Shown piece after piece: positions 60,009 through 64,000 of a stretch of 64,000 nt of DNA. The position numbers and the translations under genes are program-made. The notes under the pieces were generated by a model. That model did not search any database, had not been told where the DNA came from, and worked only from the letters and a program-made list of their open reading frames with translations. Source of the DNA: Phyllosticta citribraziliensis (taxonomy: Eukaryota); assembly GCF_038025025.1 (NCBI RefSeq), contig NW_027117340.1, positions 1,426,001 to 1,490,000 on the forward strand, written 5' to 3'. The stretch's first letter is position 1, and each line of letters starts with the position of its first letter.

Positions 60009-61164
60009 GACGTTTGAACTTGGCTGCTCCGTCTCACGGACGAGTGGGTCCTACATACTTTGCCCATCCCGTTTGTGTGTGTAGTACAAGTTCTGCCAAG
60101 CGGTGAGCGGTGAGAAAGGATCAGCGGGAGGAGGAAGAGTAAACGAAAGGAGAGTATCATGACTTTCTCAGGCAAACAGACAGACAAGCGTCCATACTTC
60201 TTGGCACAGTGAAGGAATACCAGAGAGCATTTGAGTAAAATCCAGATGGCTGCATAGAGGGAGAGCATTCAAGACCCAAGAACCATTCTCCGTGTAAAAG
60301 TTGGTCGACCACCGCAGTCTGCCTGCATTATCAAGCCGTTTGTTTACTTGATCGCCCCCCTCGCAGCTGTCCAATCTCTCCGCAGTTACCCGAACATCTA
60401 AAAAATGAGCGCAAGACGTTTGAAGTTGGGGAGCCGCGGCGCTAATGCCGGTTCCGCGGACACGACGGCTGCCGGTATAGATGGACGGCGTCGGAAGTTG
60501 TGTGCGAGCAGCGCTACGACAAAGCGTTGGATTGGCTAGCAACGGTACATTTCCAACTGCGGAGACGCCGCCGTGCTTCGTTTTGGGGTATAGCGAGGGA
60601 AAATTAAAGCCAGCGTTGCCGTGGCAGGTCGGCAAAAATGCTCTCCTCACGACGTTCAAAGTTGCAGGAGCGCTGTGTTGACTGGTGGGAGTGCACACAC
60701 GCTGTGCCACAGCAGCGCAGTCGGATTGGCCATTGCCGGGGGTGGCACTGGTGGTCCGCAAGCGGGGGTCAAAAGCACCACGTCCAAAGTTAGTTGGACG
60801 CTTGCGCTCGCTCACGCGGACGACGAGCGCGATCCTGCCGGGGCGAGCATCAGACGTTTGACGTTGCAGCCAAAAACCAGAAAAAGTCAAGGCGTCCGTG
60901 GTCCCAACGATCTCAAGAAGCTCGGTATGGAATATCAGAAGTTCAATGTTGCCAGGATGGTAGGCGTTGGCCATTTGTTGCGGACTAGCGCGCCATGCAG
61001 GTAAAGTTTGGTATGATTGTGTAGACGTTTGAACTTGGGATCTTGAGCTGTGATACGTCCTGCTTGTGTCCACTGCATGGAAATTGGGTGGGGCTGGCGC
61101 TTATGGAGAGCAGCATAATCTCGGCGCTTCGTCTGCTGCTCTAGTAAGACGTTTGAAGTTGGGA
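60009..61164. repeat. Six dispersed copies of a 15-19 bp motif, consensus GACGTTTGAA[G/C]TTG
   Basis: Copies at 60009, 60413, 60651, 60852, 61023 and 61146, all in the same orientation. Confidence 0.65.
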
Positions 61165-61628
61165 GAAGGATGGGGGCCGGATGAATACCGCAATGGGAGG
61201 TCTGCAGCTGGAGAATTTCGCTAATATGTCGGAACAGTGGAGAAGTGAGGACTCCTTGGATGCATCGGTGGTGGTGGTGCATGACTGCTCCTCAGTCACG
61301 TTCGTGAGCCTTAGGATTGAGTGAAAGCTCCTTAGGCCAGAATGCTAGAGTTACCGTTTCCCTCAACATGCACTGTGACAGAAAGGTTGAACATGATTGA
61401 TGCAGTAGCAAAACGGCCCTGATGTACTTTAGGAAAGATTTTGGTATGACAGGAAAATGTTGCGACAAGTTGCAATAATGCCTAGAAACCCAATCAAAAG
61501 CAAGTCCAGAGCTCAGAAGAAAAGACCAAACCAACGCCAGGCTCGAGAACACTGGCCCATGTTTCCCATGTGCTCATGCAAAGTCCCACCCAATACCTAG
61601 TCCCTACCCAATTAACTGAACTCAAAAC

Positions 61629-63380
61629 TCACCCGTGATGCTTACGGTTGCGATCACCCCTGTGCTTGCCTTTCTTCCCATGTTTGCGCTCGCCATCCCG
61701 CTCTCCTCCATCCCAAGGCTTCGAGTAGAGCGCAGAGGCCTTGATGAGTTCCGCCAGGGCGCTTTCCATGGTGGTGCGGCCCTCGAGCGTCTGCCACACC
61801 TCATGTGGCGCCTTGTTGACAACTTCCCATGCAACCAGGTTGTCGGTCAAAGTGGCCAGATCACGCTGCTTGCGCTCCCATTCGCTGCTCTTGCGCACCT
61901 CAACCCCAGAACTGACTAGAACCACAGGAGTGTTGCGGTCTTGGATGGCGCGCGCGCTGACAACTTCGCTTTTGCTAAGCGAATCGGCGACGAGATTTTC
62001 CTGCAGCTGCGCCTTGATATACTTGCCCGACTGATAGGCGTTTCGTCCGTAAACGCGATCCTCGCGATCGCGACCCTTGAACAAAGCCCCAGCTATTCTC
62101 TGGATGCCCAGTGGTGAGATGACGCCCCAACCCCACAAGATGAATCCGCGGCTTGCAGACCCGATGCGGTGCAGCAAATCTTCGTGCATCGGATCTACCA
62201 TCATGATGCCCGTGACTTCGCGCAAGTGTCGTGACGAAAAGATGCGGCTCGTGATGCTGCCGATGCCGGCCGAGACTAGGATCCAGGGGCCCTCTTCACC
62301 TGCACGAGCTAAAGCCTCGGACAGCGCGTCTGCAGACATGCCAGCCGAATGTGGAGATGGGGCATTGTCTGACCAAGCGTAGCCCGGACGATCCCAGTAA
62401 CAGAAGCGAGAGATGGTGTTGTTTTGCCGGGCGCTGTAGAGCCAGTGCTCAAAGTTGTATTCGCTGGGATGCTCCCCGGCTTCGAGCAAGATGGTTGGGT
62501 TCTTGCGCTCATTTGTATAAGTCACATTGCCGACGCATGACAAATGGACTGCGTACTTGTCGCCATCGACTAGATAGCGCTCACCAGGCATTTCGAGTGT
62601 AGCATCGCGGGCGCGAATGATGAGCGTCGCAGTCATCAAAATGGCAATGATGACGTAGATGGCCAGGATGATGGTCGAGACAAAGACAGCGAACCACTCG
62701 CGAAGCGAGCGCCGTGACTCTGGTCTCCCAGTGAGACGTTCTTCTTCTTCCGCCTTGCCCCACGCAACAACTCTGTCGGCGATGACGCACCAGATGGCGA
62801 CCACGACGGCCCAGACCACGGACGCAATGCCGACCCAGCCCTCCTCGAGACGGATGCGCTTCGCGGCCAGTATGAGAATCATGTCGGCAAGGAGTATCAG
62901 GGCTATCAGGGCGGCCGATGTGCGCATGGCGGCCGAAGGTGTAGCGAAGAATAGGAGTGCGACCAAAAGGTTTCCCAAGGTAAGGGTTGTGTAGGAAAAG
63001 TCAAAGAAGCCGGAACCGCGCGAGTGCAAGCCCGGGGGCGAGACGAAGATTGACACCAACAGAAGCACCCACCATAGGAAGGTAACGACGAGGATTAGGA
63101 CGGTCAGGTAGCGAGTGAAACGAACGCTCCATAGGTTGTAGGGCGAGACCTGGGCGTGTGTCAGAAACGATCTTGTTACATGAGAGCGGAAACTTGCAGC
63201 AGGATCGTTGGGGTCCAAGTAGCCATCAGCATGCCGCTGGCGCTGCGAGCCCAGAAGTCGTGTATTCTCATCTGGCTCGCGCGACTCGTAGGATGGTCGC
63301 GAAGATTGGCCATGGGTGGCATCGGACGGCTCATTGTTGTCGTCGTCGTCGTCGCGCTTGGTTCCCCAGAGCGAGACCAT
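61629..63380 (-). CDS. Integral membrane protein with a C-terminal alpha/beta-hydrolase-like domain. GC-AG intron 63197-63150
   Basis: DPA|VSPYNLW, about 5 TM segments, RGSGFFDFSY, EEEERLTGR, FCYWDRPGYAWSDNAPSPHSAGM, GPWILVSAGIGS and LQENL. Confidence 0.85.
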   Translation of the reverse strand: MVSLWGTKRDDDDDNNEPSDATHGQSSRPSYESREPDENTRLLGSQRQRHADGYLDPNDPAASFRSHVTRSFLTHAQVSPYNLWSVRFTRYLTVLILVVTFLWWVLLLVSIFVSPPGLHSRGSGFFDFSYTTLTLGNLLVALLFFATPSAAMRTSAALIALILLADMILILAAKRIRLEEGWVGIASVVWAVVVAIWCVIADRVVAWGKAEEEERLTGRPESRRSLREWFAVFVSTIILAIYVIIAILMTATLIIRARDATLEMPGERYLVDGDKYAVHLSCVGNVTYTNERKNPTILLEAGEHPSEYNFEHWLYSARQNNTISRFCYWDRPGYAWSDNAPSPHSAGMSADALSEALARAGEEGPWILVSAGIGSITSRIFSSRHLREVTGIMMVDPMHEDLLHRIGSASRGFILWGWGVISPLGIQRIAGALFKGRDREDRVYGRNAYQSGKYIKAQLQENLVADSLSKSEVVSARAIQDRNTPVVLVSSGVEVRKSSEWERKQRDLATLTDNLVAWEVVNKAPHEVWQTLEGRTTMESALAELIKASALYSKPWDGGERDGERKHGKKGKHRGDRNRKHHG

Positions 63381-64000
63381 GGCGGCTCAAGTTGAGAGAA
63401 GGCTTGAGCAGAGTTGGGTGGGGGAGACGAGGAGAATAGAAGTGGATGGATATTTCCAAGATCCGGATTGTGATGGAAAAGTGGTGGTGGACGGGATGGG
63501 ATTGCACAGCAGCAGGGAAGCTGACAAGGCCTGGACTCTGTCACAACGTCATGGCTGCAGAGGCCCCAAGCCACAAGCAGCCTGGCGGCGCCATTGATTG
63601 TTCGCGTGCGGTGCGTCGGGAATGAAAGACGATGATGGTGTCGAGCAGCTGAGCACGACCAACGCGTGGGTCGCCATCGCCATCCCTGCGCCCATCGTCT
63701 TCTCCGCATTCTGCCCGTCGAGTGCCACCCCCTGCTCAGCACCCCACTGCAAGGATGCCCTCCGCCCTCCAGTCTACAACTCACCAACGACAACAAACCG
63801 CCCAACCCCCAGGCCTGCTGACGGCATTGCCTCTCACCGCATCCCCAGTCGAAAAAGCCACCGGGACGCCTCGTAGATAGCCTCCCGCTCTGCGTCAGCC
63901 CGCCAGGCCAATCGTTGTCCTCGTCCAAGACCATGAGCCCGCGAGCGCATCATCTACGACATACACTCTGTAACCCCATTGCCAAGTCCACCCTCTCCAG

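Noticed and set aside
60009..61164. Repeat-spacer pattern as a CRISPR array
   Set aside because: The context is eukaryotic, the repeats are short and degenerate, the spacers are long and unequal, and there are no cas genes.

Overview
Gene-dense eukaryotic DNA from a filamentous ascomycete, probably a Dothideomycete (short GT-AG introns with CTRAC/CTAAC branch sites and a degenerate RPB1 CTD; the taxon is an inference). I could build about 20 spliced genes by hand: spartin-like (truncated by the window edge), Trk K+ transporter, ACU-type Na+/K+ P-ATPase, a 969-aa repeat-rich orphan, RMD5/GID2, STB6-like, aquaporin, a secreted Gly-rich protein, SWD1, RPB1, THG1, ALA1, a conserved hypothetical gene, an RCR-like PY-motif protein, VPS8 and a membrane alpha/beta-hydrolase-like protein. 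An accessory-looking block (about 36.3-48.5 kb) lies between THG1 and ALA1. The most notable observations are: (1) a solitary Ty3/gypsy Gag-capsid-like ORF with host-like codon usage and no pol, zinc knuckle or LTRs, a candidate domesticated capsid, next to IFI27/ISG12-like small membrane protein genes; (2) an aquaporin whose TGA-C stop is followed by 153 more in-frame, coding-like codons, a candidate for stop-codon readthrough; (3) an orphan protein with a tandem array of HxRxxS NDR/LATS-kinase consensus sites. I saw no rRNA, tRNA, CRISPR array or intact transposon. All family calls come from recognising motifs by eye, not from database searches.
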